A model generated the notes under the pieces. The model saw nothing but the letters and a program-made list of their open reading frames with translations, was not told the origin of the DNA and searched no databases. Positions 36,691 through 48,574 of a DNA stretch of 64,000 nucleotides are shown one piece after another. Numbering within the stretch: position 1 is the first letter of the stretch; every line of letters begins with the position of its first letter. Origin of the DNA: the human T2T-CHM13v2.0 reference genome, Homo sapiens; assembly GCF_009914755.1 (NCBI RefSeq), contig NC_060933.1; one strand, given 5' to 3'. A program made the translations under genes and the position numbers.

Positions 36691-37969
36691 AAATGAATAT
36701 GTTCCCAAGTATACGATCTAGTGAATTGAAAAGTCCAGGAATCCTCCTTGGCCTCAGGTCAGACCTGCCTGGATTCCTCAAAAATATAAAGAAAAAACAT
36801 GAGGCTTCACACAAAATAAGGTCTTTGAGAAACCTTTTCAGTGAATGTAAGTATGATGGGAAACTAGATCTCAAAAAAGAGAAAGCTTGCCCATTTTTTG
36901 CCATGTTTGTATCATTTTGCAGGCTAATATTTTGTTTTGTTTTGTTTTCTCAATCTATTCCCTGATCATATTTCAAGGTTTTGTTTTTACTCATCAGAAT
37001 GACAGGAAGTTTTCAGTGTGTGTTTCCTTCAAGTTTGGCCTCAACCTTATTTTCAGGATTAGGCGTTTGTTTTTCCGTTTGCCTCCATGACAACGGAGTC
37101 CAGAATTCCTATATATAGTCATCCAGCATCCATTGTCCCCCTGGCCATTGTATCATAATCTTGTGCGTCCAGGCCAGAGAGCTCCACTGATGACAGTAGA
37201 CAAGGAGGTGCCAGAGTCCTTGGCCTGGAGATTTTCAAGGCATAATCAAAAGAAGGAAATAAAATAATGTGACTGCCTTTAGAGGCGTATGTTCCCCCTT
37301 AGACACTATGGAATGGAAATGGTTTGTATTCTAAAGCTTAGTTTCGAATATAATTTTCTTTTGGAATAGCCCATAGATAAAGAACATTTTTGAGGCTCTT
37401 CAGAGGAAATACTTGGAAAGTTGCATTGGTGATTTGTGGTTTTTATTGTTTCTCTGGATACCAAATTCTGCTCAGTGTTAACAGCACTTGAGAAACAGGT
37501 ATTTTGAGAATGGGAATTAAATCAAGGTACAAAGGAATTCGGATAGAACCGAGAACAATTTTTTAAATCAGCAGACTTCTTGAGTCTGAGAATCATCTTG
37601 ATAGCTCTGTGTTACACACTGTTTTAATAACTTAAAACAATATATATGTATCTGGACTTAACAAAGTTGTCCACAAGTTTAATCCAGGAAACATTTTCTT
37701 AAGTACCTTTCCAGGCACTTCTAAGCAATTGAGATACATCAGCGAAAAAGACAGCATGAACCCTTGCTCCTGTGGAGCTGACATTACCTGCTTGGTTGTC
37801 ATTTCAGATTGACAGGAACAATGCCTTGTGTGCCTGTATAGCACGGCTGTCCACAAATTCAATCTAATGGATATTTTCTTAAGTACCATCATTAAGTATT
37901 TATGGTGATAATTAAAGTTTATGAAGTTTGTAAAGAACCTAACAGATGATCTTGTCTAAAGGCACCTAA

Positions 37970-38303
37970 AAAAATTACTGCAGTAAAAACCATATAACAT
38001 GGGAATTTACCCTCTTAACAAATTTCTAAGTATATAGGATAGTATTGTTAACTGTATACACATTGTTATACAGCAGATCTCTAGAACTCTTTCATCTTAC
38101 ACGACTGAAACTCTATATCCATAGAACAACAACTCTCCACTTCCTTCTACCCACAGCCCCTGGCAACCACCATTCTACTGTCTGTCTGTATGGGTTTGAC
38201 TGCTCTAGGTGCCTCATGGAAGTGGCATCGTGCAGTATTTGTCCCTCTGTGACTGGCTTTAGCATATAACAAGATTTCCTTCTTTTTTAAGGCTAAATAA
38301 TAT

Positions 38304-38340
<37 letters not shown>

Positions 38341-38660
38341 ACACCACATTTTCTCTCATTCACATGTTGATGAACACTTAGGTTGCTTCTACCTCCTGGC
38401 TATTGTAACTAATGCTGTAGTGAACATGGGAGTACATATCTCTTCAAGATCTTAATTTCAGTTCTTTTGGATAAATATCCAGTAGTGGGATTGCTTGATC
38501 ATACGATAGTTCTGTTTTTAATTTTTTGAGGAAATTCTATGCTATTTTCCGTGAGACTGTACCATTTTGCATTCCAAACAGCAGCACACAAGGGTTCCAG
38601 TTTCTCCACAGCCTTGCCAGCACTTATTTTCTTTTTTTGATAATCACCATCCTAACTAGG
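37970..38660 (-). mobile_element. L1MB-type 3' fragment
   Basis: 'atttaccctcttaacaaatttctaag...cagatctctagaac...cccctggcaaccaccattctac' and 'tggataaatatccagtagtgggattgct'. Confidence 0.85.
38306..38337. repeat. (GT)16 microsatellite inside the L1MB
   Basis: Directly visible. Confidence 0.95.
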
Positions 38661-39339
38661 GAATCCTTTTCAAAATGCCTTAAGCATTTTAATTTCATTT
38701 AAAATGTAAATACATGTATTCACCAGTATTGTGATACAGGGTAAAGCCTATGTATTTGAATCTCGTTCCTTTGATTGAAGTTCCCTGTTTTCTCCCTTGT
38801 GTAAACCACACTCACCTACACTGCGTTGTGTGTTACTTCCAGTTTCCATTTCTTTGAAGTGGAATGAGAACTTAGACATTTGTGAAACAGTCTTAGAGCA
38901 GAGTCCTTCTAGATTTTTATGTTCTCAATCTTTTATAGTTGGTCTTGCCAAAATGTAACTTAACAGTAATTTTTTTTTAGCAACTTGACTTTATCAAGTC
39001 TTTTCAAAGCATTCAACATAGCTTTCATAGAAATAACACTTTTATACCTATATTTTATCTTATAGAATATTAATTAAATTGAATGAGCTCAGTAGCAAAT
39101 ATAACTGGTACAAAAAAGTTTTAGGAGCAAATGAAACTGATGATTCTTGTTAGCATTAGGTCCAGTGCTAGAAGCAGAAATGGATGGACCTGCTAAAGGA
39201 TGGTGTACAGCATCAGCCTAGACACCACTGTTGCCATGGTTCTTCTTTGGTTAGAATGTTTTAAGGTCAGAGACATTGATCTAGCCAAGTTTGCTTAAGG
39301 AGGACTTGTAAATGTAATATGAGGTATAATGAGATCAGG

Positions 39340-40020
39340 GCAAGAATCACAATGTGTATGTATTGGCAAAGCATAGAGGAAAGCAAAGAGTTCTGTTCGG
39401 ATTGCTGGGAAAAATCTTCACAGAGGGTGTGACATTTCAGCTGAGTTTTGAAGGATGGGTAAGAATTTGCCAGGGAAAAAGAAGAGAAAGCACACTGGTG
39501 GCGTTGATTAAGGATCCCCAAGGATGCAATACGTAGAATTTGCAAGAAATTGGAAGCTAGCTGGAAGTGAGGCTGGAGACATGGGCTGAGACGAGACTGA
39601 AGAGCTTTACTCTTGAGCAATAGGGCACACTCATATCATAATCATATATGAGTAATGATATATGTATGCTGGCTGAACTGGAATTGATCTTAGAAGAAGA
39701 AACACCAGGTAGGAGACTTCAAGAGTTGCCCATATGTAATAGGAGGACCTCAATGAACAAGGGGTAGGGAAGGCAGGACTGAGGAGGAAAATGAATGGAG
39801 GCAGGTCATGAGGCATGTCTCTGATGCGTTATACCTGTTTAAATGTGCTGCCACAGGGAAGGGAGAAATCTGAACCTTTGAAGGAAGAATCTCACAATTT
39901 GAGCTCAAAGTGGTGGGCCATTTACCAACATTCAGAACGCAGAAGGAGATGTTTAGGGAAAGATGGTGTCAGTTCTCAATGTGGTGAGTTTCAGGAGTCC
40001 ATCAGACACAAAGCTTGAAT
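39340..40020 (-). mobile_element. L2 remnant
   Basis: 'gaaaaatcttcacagagggtgtgacatttcagctgagttttgaaggatgggtaagaatttgccagg' is a characteristic reverse-complement L2 segment. Confidence 0.65.
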
Positions 40021-42429
40021 AGTCTTTCAGCTTTAGATGAAGACTCAGATGATCACAAAGCTCATTAGGTTTCCCATTGCAGAGTTCTGTTTCTGGTCTC
40101 TACAGATTCCTGGATCACTGTCGCATACATGAAAATACTGAAACTATTTTTGTCCTTTGCCTAAGTTTATTAGCAGTTGTATAATAGAAGTTGCATGGCA
40201 TCCCAAAAGTTTCCTGGCTATTAAATAAAGTACATTTTTAGCTGCCCTCTTACCTTTGTTTGTGTACCTTTCTCAAATTTTCTTCACTAGAAATAATGGT
40301 CTATACGTCTAGCTTATTTGGGTTCTCCCTCAACCTCCTCACTTTGGGCATTTACAATATCTTAAGTTATCCACAGATAATATTCTGTTTCTAATGGCCC
40401 ATGCTACCAACCATTAGTTGCTAAATAGTCTGCTTTTCAGAAGAAAATTACAATCCATGTATTATTTTGAACTTCCTATGCTATTTTAGAACTTGGCGAT
40501 TTTAAATTGTCCCTTACACAACCTACCCCACCCTCTGATGTACATGTTTTTCTGTTCAGACTCATCATTTCTTTACCCTAGGGAAATTAAGTCATTTTTT
40601 TTCATTGTGATAATAATGTAGTTGTTGAATTTCTGTTTAGTTTCTCCAAAATGTACGACTTAAGGTGGAGGTGTAGTGAGTTGAACGTTTAGGTAGCTGC
40701 GTGTCTAGTGTTGATTTCATTAATTAGCACACTAATTAATACTAGTTATATTTATTAATGGACACTCATAGTTCTCTTGACATCCCCTCTCCATCTCTCT
40801 CACTCCCACATTCTGTGAGGCACAAAGTGCTGCTGATTTTTCCTTCCTTCCCCTGCCTGTTTATAAATACCTCTATTAAAACATTTTGTTTGCATTGTAT
40901 CACGATCAATTATTTACATCTTTGTCTGAGAAAGTGAGTTGCTTGAGGTCAAGGCTCAAGTCTTACTGTCCCAGAACAGGGTCTCCTATTTACTTAAATG
41001 CTCAGTAAATATTTGCTGAATGAATGGGTGTAATTGAATCATTTGCCCCTTGGCCACCTCTAAAATTTGCTTGCCTAAAATTCCTTGTCTTTTATTTTTT
41101 CTTGGTACTTGATTCACACTGACCAACAAGCCTGTCTTCCAAGTCTGCGCAAAAATCTAGCTCAAATATAATTAAATGTACTCGCTGGCACCAAGGTACT
41201 TCTGTTCCCTTTCACCTTCACTCATATTCTCTATGCAGGGCTGCAGAAAATTGAGAATTGATCCTCTGGTATAGCTTCCTCTTTGTATCACTTAGAGCAT
41301 GCAAGGGGGCTGTCCTCTGCGGCTCCTACAATTTGCTGCCCAATTGACTCTTATTCTTCCTTGTGTCTTCCTTAAACTTACAATAGCTGAACTCTCCTGT
41401 TACTGTTCATTTGTTCTCTTTGCCTCTTTTATTCCTTCAATCAGTGGAGTAAGTTTACTAGACATGGAGAGGCCTGTATTTTCATAAGTCAACTGCTCAA
41501 CTGTCTCCCCTAATAAATATGAGTTTCTAGAAGGCATCTCTCATGTCTTCTTTGACTTTGGATCCCCAGAGCCAGCACGTGACCTGGCACTAGCACAATG
41601 TTAACTAAATGTTGTGGAATTGGAACTGTGAATACTCAAGAAAGTCTCATTCTCTCAGGCTTATGGTCCATTTATTTGTCGTTTGCCTTTATAAAGTCAA
41701 ATTTCTTGTGATTGTTTCATTTTTTTCTCTAAGTTTTGGAGAAAAAAAGGAAAAAAATCAAAACAACTCAAACTGTTATTCTAGAGAGCTGGAATTAGCA
41801 AAAAAAAAAGTCCAATTTCTCCAGGAACATGAAAAATGAGAGGGTTAGGACATCCCATTTAGAATTCAGCCCTTACCTGGTTTGAAATCCTGAGCTGTTC
41901 AAGAGCCACGAAAAAGCACCCATCTCTCATTTGCATTTGTGTATCTTTCTTTTCCCAGCCAAACCCCACTTGAGGAATGTTAGAGTGTTATTATTTGAGG
42001 ACAATTTATCAAGCATCTAACTAAAGCATGACATTTAGACAGATAGGTTTCCAGTTCTGGGTATTTGCAGGGCTTATCTTCACAACATGCTTCTAGAAAT
42101 GTCTCCTGTGTGGTCCCTTATTTTGTTTATATAAGCATTTTGAAATTTCAGGTATTCTTTCTCTTTTTGAGTCTTGCTTTATTTTTTTTCATAATGCTTC
42201 AAAATGTTAGTGTTTTCTTCCCTATTCATTTTAGTGTTATTTTCTGTCTATTCTATTATCATTTGCATCTGTTCTAATGTTATTTTCTTAACTATTTCAA
42301 CCTTTCTATCACTTTCTCTCTTTCCTCTCTACTATGTGTTTATTGCTGAAGCAACGTTCATGTTCTTTTTGGCTCCTCTGATTTGTATCACAGAACCCTA
42401 GAGGTCACCATTGAGAACAGATGCCTAAG

Positions 42430-42590
42430 ACACAAGACTCAGACTTTATAATCAGACAGGTCTTTGTTCAAATCCTACCTCTGCTTCTTCGTGTCTATGT
42501 GACCCGTCATCCTCAGCTTCAGCTACCTCACTGGTAAAATTGAGATGTAAACCCAATTAGACCGCACACCATAGTTGTGAGAATTAATTG
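42430..42590 (+). mobile_element. MIR fragment
   Basis: 'tcagac...gttcaaatcctacctctgct...tgtgacc...gtaaaattgagat...gttgtgagaatta'. Confidence 0.6.
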
Positions 42591-42830
42591 CTGGCTTCTG
42601 AATAAATTCTAAATCCTATAGGCACTGTGACCATCATTGCTAAAATTCTAATTTGATCCTGATTTTAATTCATTTCTTATGATAGCTTACAAACTGGAGA
42701 ACTCCATATAACTTAATTAAATTTATTTTATAACTACAATTATACATTATAATTTCATTTCTAAAACTTCACATATAATTAAAGTCACAAGTCAGAGAAT
42801 AAAACTCTTTTCTCAGACTGTATGTGTCAG

Positions 42831-42860
42831 GGTTGGTTGGTTGGTTGGTTGGTTGGTTGG
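42831..42860. repeat. (GGTT)7 microsatellite
   Basis: Directly visible. Confidence 0.9.
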
Positions 42861-45800
42861 GAATGTATGGTGATGCTAAGCCATGACCTGCTTTTAAAGG
42901 TGGACCACCTTAGTCTTTGCCGTTGGTTCCATTGTAGATACCACTGGCCATACAGGTGTTAAAGATCTAACTTGTGTGAGCCGCAGTTGGGTGCAGAACT
43001 TCCCACTGAATTCACATCCATGTGATTCAGCTGCTGTATTTCCCCATGACCAGAAGTCTGACTCTCCCAACACAAGGATATTTTTAACCTTTCTTTCCTT
43101 AAGCTCAAAATGAAAGAAAATAGTCTTAATGATGACTTTTAACTTATGTGACATGCCCTTCGCAGCTAACAATCTGTTTGCCTTTCTAACCTGGGCACAG
43201 AACGACCTCCTTCCTGCTCTTCAGGCCATGCTTCATGAACAAACAGGAATTTTATGTAGCTTAGCAAGTGGGCTTTTTAAAGATCGGTGGAATGATACAC
43301 ACTCATGTCTTTATCACTTTAGTGCCCAAAGTGCTAAAATCCTACATTATTCACAAATTCCACGTGAGCGAGAGCGAAATTGAGAATGTTGGCAGCAGAA
43401 AGGAAAGTAAAGCCCTAAGAAAATCCAAAAAGTTGTAACCTGGGCATTATTACAAATGTGTCCTAAATGATGGGATTTGCTTGTTTTTGTCAATAAACCT
43501 GTCCATCTGATTTTAACCAGGAGGAAAAAAAAAATTTTATGACACGGACGCATTAGCTGTTCCTTTTGCACTGCCATTTGAGAAGGGCAATGAGCCTCTG
43601 TTTCTTGGAATGCTTTTCCCGTGACTTCTTGCATTTTTATTTCTTCAGGTTTTCCATACTGTATAAATACCAGAGTTAAAATATAGAATTTGTTTTTTGA
43701 GATGGATGAAATAATATGCAATAGGCCCTAGAGACAAGATAAAAATGTGTTAACTAAAAGAGATTGGGGTCCTTGGAGGGGGTCTGCCTGACAGATCAAT
43801 GCATGTGTTGAGTTGGGGGTGGATGGGAGGTCTGGGAGTGCATTCATCTGGCTTACCATCTGGCTAGGAGCCGTTCATTTCTTTATAGTTTTGCTAGAAA
43901 GGGACTGGAGATGTCAGGTACCTGGTATCTGAGATGACTACCAGCATCCATACTAATCTGGGAGATCCAGGGATGTGCCTTGTTATGGAGGGGACTGTGA
44001 CTCCTTTAAGACCTAGACCATCACTTGGGAGATTTGTTTTGGTCTCTGGGTGGATTGTGGATGGTAGACAGATCACAGGCCAGCAGGACCTGGCTTTGGC
44101 CTTGCTGGTTATAGAATTTCTATTCTGCAGAGCTAAGAGTGCAAACTAGGACCAACATTACCAAGAGGACAGAAGCTATCTGGGGATCCTGGCTGGCAGT
44201 GCTCAACTTACAGCTCAAGCCTGTGATAACAGGAGAGGTGGAGTGTGTTTTGTGCTTCATTGTGCATGTGTTTCAAGCAGAAACTAGACTTGAGGGCTTA
44301 AATAGAAAACATCTCAAACAATCCATGAAATGGTAAACAAACCTGCTATTGAATGAGAAGAATGAAAAGTTGACAATTGCATTATTGTGATCCAGAGTGG
44401 GTTCATCAGCTAGGGTAGAGGAATAAAGAAAAAGGAGATAAAAGAACTGGGTAAAATGAATTCAGTTGTCATTCCTTTCTTCCTTTGTCTTCCATTTACA
44501 CCTGGTAATGAACCTATGGAGGCTTGGAGACATTGTTCAGGTTTCCTTTTGTTTTATTTTTGTGTGTGTGGCAGGTTTGTTTACAATTTCCAAAGGGGTT
44601 TTTCTCAATCTTGAGGAATATGAATTGAGGAGGCGGGGAGGAGAACAAGAAGGGGAAGATATTTGAGTGTTTTGCAGACAGGCGGTGGCCCAGCAATCAG
44701 GGAGGCTGCTCTGCTTTTGTTTTCCTGTTCGAAGAGGCTGACGGGATGGATGGTGCTGGTTTCATCAAATATGGGTTTTAGAGAATTCCTCCATGTCCTG
44801 CCTTAGGGAATTATGCTTTGGAAAATTAAGTGTCCATCAAATCAGGAGGAGGCTTGTACAGTTTCTATCCCCTTTCCCCCCTGCTTTTTGAAAGGCTTAA
44901 GAAAAGAGCCCTTTGTTTTCTTTTCAAGGAAAGTTACACTGAAATTCATCTGTGTGGTATTCATGGACTTCATTTGTGTCATTCATAGGCAGCTGTAGGT
45001 TATATAGGACAATGTTTTTGAATTTCTAACCTCCACATTGCAAGCAGCATGTTGGGAAAAGGTTCAAGACCTTTTACTTTTCCTCTCCCCCAACCCCTTT
45101 ATTTATTTATTTTTACTTTTTTTTCTCTCTCTCTTTTTTTAATTCAAAGAAGAAACGCTGAGATTTCCCCTCCTCCCTCCTAGATCAGATTTCTCCACCG
45201 CATGCCATTGAAGCTTCTCGGGGTTAAGATTTGTGCCTGTCATTTCCGACATTTTCCTCAGAATCGCAAACTTTAAAATACCTTTCAGGGAAACTTGTTT
45301 GGAATTTCATTTTAATGGGATTTATGAATAAATCTCCATCTTAATGCTGACTAAGCTTTAAACATCCATTCCAGGAGAACGCTATTGGATTTTTATATTT
45401 TAAAATTTAAATCACTTGAGTGTGAAGGCATAAAACATTTTTATATTTGTGTGAGTGCCTTGTGCTTGAGCATTTCTGTTAAAGACTGATTTTTTTTTTT
45501 AATTTGGTTGCTTGAATAAATCTGGGCTGCAAAGGAGGAGATGTTGCATCATGTCCTTTCCTTTCTCGTGTAGACGCCTGTGTACATTATGCAGGTTTAT
45601 TTTCTCACCTACAGGGAAGGGTATTCTGTGGCAACCTGTTGCCATGCTGCGATTTCCTTTAAAAAAAAACAACAACAACAACAACAACAAAATAAAACAA
45701 AAAAACGGTTTACTTTCTTCCTACACTTTGAAACCTTTAACCTCAAAATTTTATTTTTAAATGCCATGAGCCCTCAAAGTCAGATTAAAAGAGGTGATAG

Positions 45801-45914
45801 TTCCTCCCGGCATGCATTCCCCAAATCTGTGTTGTAGAATGTAAATGAAGATAAAAGATGGAATCATAATCATCCCTCTTAAAAAAAAAAAAAAAAAGAA
45901 CTCTCAAAACTAAC

Positions 45915-46226
45915 ATTGGTCAAAAGATGCAAACATTCCGTTATAAAATTAGTAAGTTCTAGGGATCCAATGTGCAGCATAGTGACTATAATTTATAATA
46001 CTTGAAATTTGTGTGGTGTACTTGAAATTTGCTGGGGGAGTAGGTCTTAGGTGTGTTCCCTGCACATTACAAATGGTAACTGTGAGGTGATGGATACGTT
46101 CATTAAATTGATTGTGGTCATCATTTCACAACAGATACATATATCAAATCATCATCTTGTACACCTTAAGTATAAACAATTTCCGTTTGTCAATTATACC
46201 TTAGTAAAGCTGGAGGGTAAAAAGAA
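45915..46226 (+). mobile_element. L1MA/L1MB-type 3' end fragment ending ~80 nt upstream of the exon 8 acceptor
   Basis: 'gttctagggatc...atggtaactgtgaggtgatgg...tgtcaattataccttagtaaagctgg' matches the L1M 3' terminus. Confidence 0.75.
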
Positions 46227-46306
46227 ACCTGATGTCAGGGGTTTTCAAGCATCGATCACCTACTGTGTTCTCTGTGCCCCGTGTCATTTTTCCCGTCTCT
46301 TCACAG

Positions 46307-46574
46307 ACTCATCATATTCAGAGCCCCCAGATGTTCAGCAGCAGTTGAACCACTATCAGTCAGCTGCCCTGGCAAGGAACAACAGCCGTGTTAGCCCTGT
46401 GCCTCTTTCTGGGGCTGCTGCTGGCACTGAGCAGAAAACTGAAGCCGTGCTTCACTGCGAATTCTGTGAATTCTCCTCCGGCTACATCCAGAGCATCAGG
46501 CGTCATTACCGGGACAAGCATGGTGGGAAGAAGCTTTTCAAGTGCAAAGACTGCTCCTTTTACACAGGCTTTAA
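46307..46574 (+). CDS. ZNF462: ZNF462 coding exon 8 (268 nt; DSSYSEPPDVQQ...CSFYTGFK)
   Basis: Acceptor tctcttcacag|AC, donor TAA|GTAAGT; phases 1/2; finger LHCEFC...HYRDKH and the first half of FKCKDC. Confidence 0.94.
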
Positions 46575-47224
46575 GTAAGTGACGTAATGAACAGCTATGG
46601 AAAACAAGGCGGCCGCCCCTGCTCCACCCCTCACTGCAGGCTTCCCTTACACTTTCCTACTTGGAGCTTATGGGAGGCCCTGCCCATGTGATGATGTAGG
46701 GGTTGGGTCCAGGCTTCATGGAAGGAGGGTAGTTTCAGAAGACTGCTTTGGGATTTGGGAAGGGATGAAGAGCTATATCAGAACAAATGAGTTTTAAAAT
46801 TGGAGCAAATGGGCTCTCAAGTAGTGTAAGATTGAAGCAAATGATTTCCTCCCATGCGTGGAGTGGTGTTTCCCTTCAGAGAACTGTCTCCTCTCCTTTT
46901 TTTAGCTTTGGAAAAAAAAGTATGTTCTTGGAAGCAAAGTCAAAGTCAAGAGAAAACATCCGGCAGTAGTGTCTTCCCTGCTCCCCTGATAGAAAATTCT
47001 TTAATTCTTAAGATCGTAGTATTGAAAGACACATAGAGAATCAAGACCCTGGCACTTCCAACACTACACTTGAGCAATCATAGGGAGATTGCTCCAGTCT
47101 AGAAAAAGAGAATCCATAGTCACCCTTGCCCCTGTGGATGACAGAATTGATGGACTCAATTATTAAGAATGGAATGCTTCCTATGATGTAATCTAAGCTT
47201 CTGCATTTGAATCTCATCCTGTGA

Positions 47225-47455
47225 GATAGCGTTTAGGTTAGTGGTTACAGGTGTAGAGTGTGGAGCCTGACTACCTGGGTGATTCTGGACAAGTCACTAA
47301 GACACTATCTGTGTCCCTATTTTGTTAACCTATAAAATAAAGATAATAATAGTACCTACATCATAGGGCTCTTGTGAGCAATAAATGAACCAGTGTATCT
47401 TGAAGTACTTAGAATAGTGCCTGGCACAAAGCAAACACTAATAAGTGTAATAATA
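47225..47455 (+). mobile_element. MIR SINE
   Basis: 'agtggtta...ggagcctgactacctggg...ataataatagtacctacatcatagg...agtgcctggcac'. Confidence 0.8.
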
Positions 47456-48437
47456 TCATAGATAGAAAGCTATTATAATAATATGACATTAGATATCATA
47501 GATAAAAAGCTATTATTTTCTGTTCCTATTGTAATCAGGATCTGAGCCTTAGACTACTTCAATACATGCTTCACACCGAGAGGCTGTGGAAATTAGGCTT
47601 CATGTCCAAAGAAAAAGAAGAATTGGAAGAAGAAGTCTCTTTCCCACCAGCATCGTAGTAGCTGGGATTTGATGGAACGTGTGTTCTATCTCTATTAATT
47701 TGCTCCAGTTACTTTTCAGATAAATACATTTGTGATTTGGTGCTGAGAGAAGGCTAGAGGACCCCAGAGGGCAAGGGCCGACAGACAGGCAGACACTTTC
47801 TCCAGAGAGCAACACTCGGGTTCACAAGAAAGGGTCCCTGCCCATTAAAGTCTTGGCTTTATCGATTTTAATGAGACATTTAAGGCTTTGCAAATTTTGA
47901 AGATTTGAAAAGGATGGAGGAAGAGGCAGCAGTACCATTCCACCTTTAAGCTGGTACAACACCACTTAGTTTACCTAATCATCAATCATGATGATTGACT
48001 TCCTGGACAACTTGTCCTCCCCCCTTACCTGTGAAGAATTATACAGGCAGTTTCTAAGTCAACCTAGCTTTAAAATAGTCTCTCTCCTCCCAAGCATGAT
48101 GAAAAATAGTTCCTTTTTTGGGATTTTGTTTTGATACTCTTAACAGACAATTTTTAAGAATAAGGTGTTTGGGGAATTTGTTTCTTTTCAAACTAAGCTC
48201 TGAACCCAGCCCAGGGCACAGTTTCCAGAAAGAAGTTACTACCATTTGACAGTGTTCAGATTCGGTTGAGTGACCAAGTTTCTGGGTGGTCAACAAACAT
48301 GATGAACAGATTTTTTTTTAGCCCCACAAGCAGGAGAGCCGCACTTGGACATATATAACGGGTTTGCCAGCAGGAAATGTGAAAATGCAATGATCCCTGG
48401 TTACACGCATCACCTCTCCTCCCAAACTCTCTCCTAG

Positions 48438-48574
48438 ATCTGCTTTTACTATGCACGTGGAAGCTGGGCACTCAGCAGTTCCCGAGGAGGGCCCCAAAGA
48501 TCTTCGCTGTCCTCTCTGCCTCTATCACACCAAATACAAGCGCAACATGATTGACCACATCGTGCTGCACCGAG
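48438..48574 (+). CDS. ZNF462: ZNF462 coding exon 9 (137 nt; SAFTMHVEAGH...DHIVLHR)
   Basis: Acceptor ctctctcctag|A, donor GAG|GTAACC; phases 2/1; finger LRCPLC...HIVLH. Confidence 0.94.

Noticed and set aside
44545-44580. Pyrimidine/TG tract followed by CAG|GTTTGT as a possible recursive splice site in intron 7
   Set aside because: The reconstituted donor (ATG|GTTTGT) is poor, and such AG-GT motifs are expected by chance in 33 kb.
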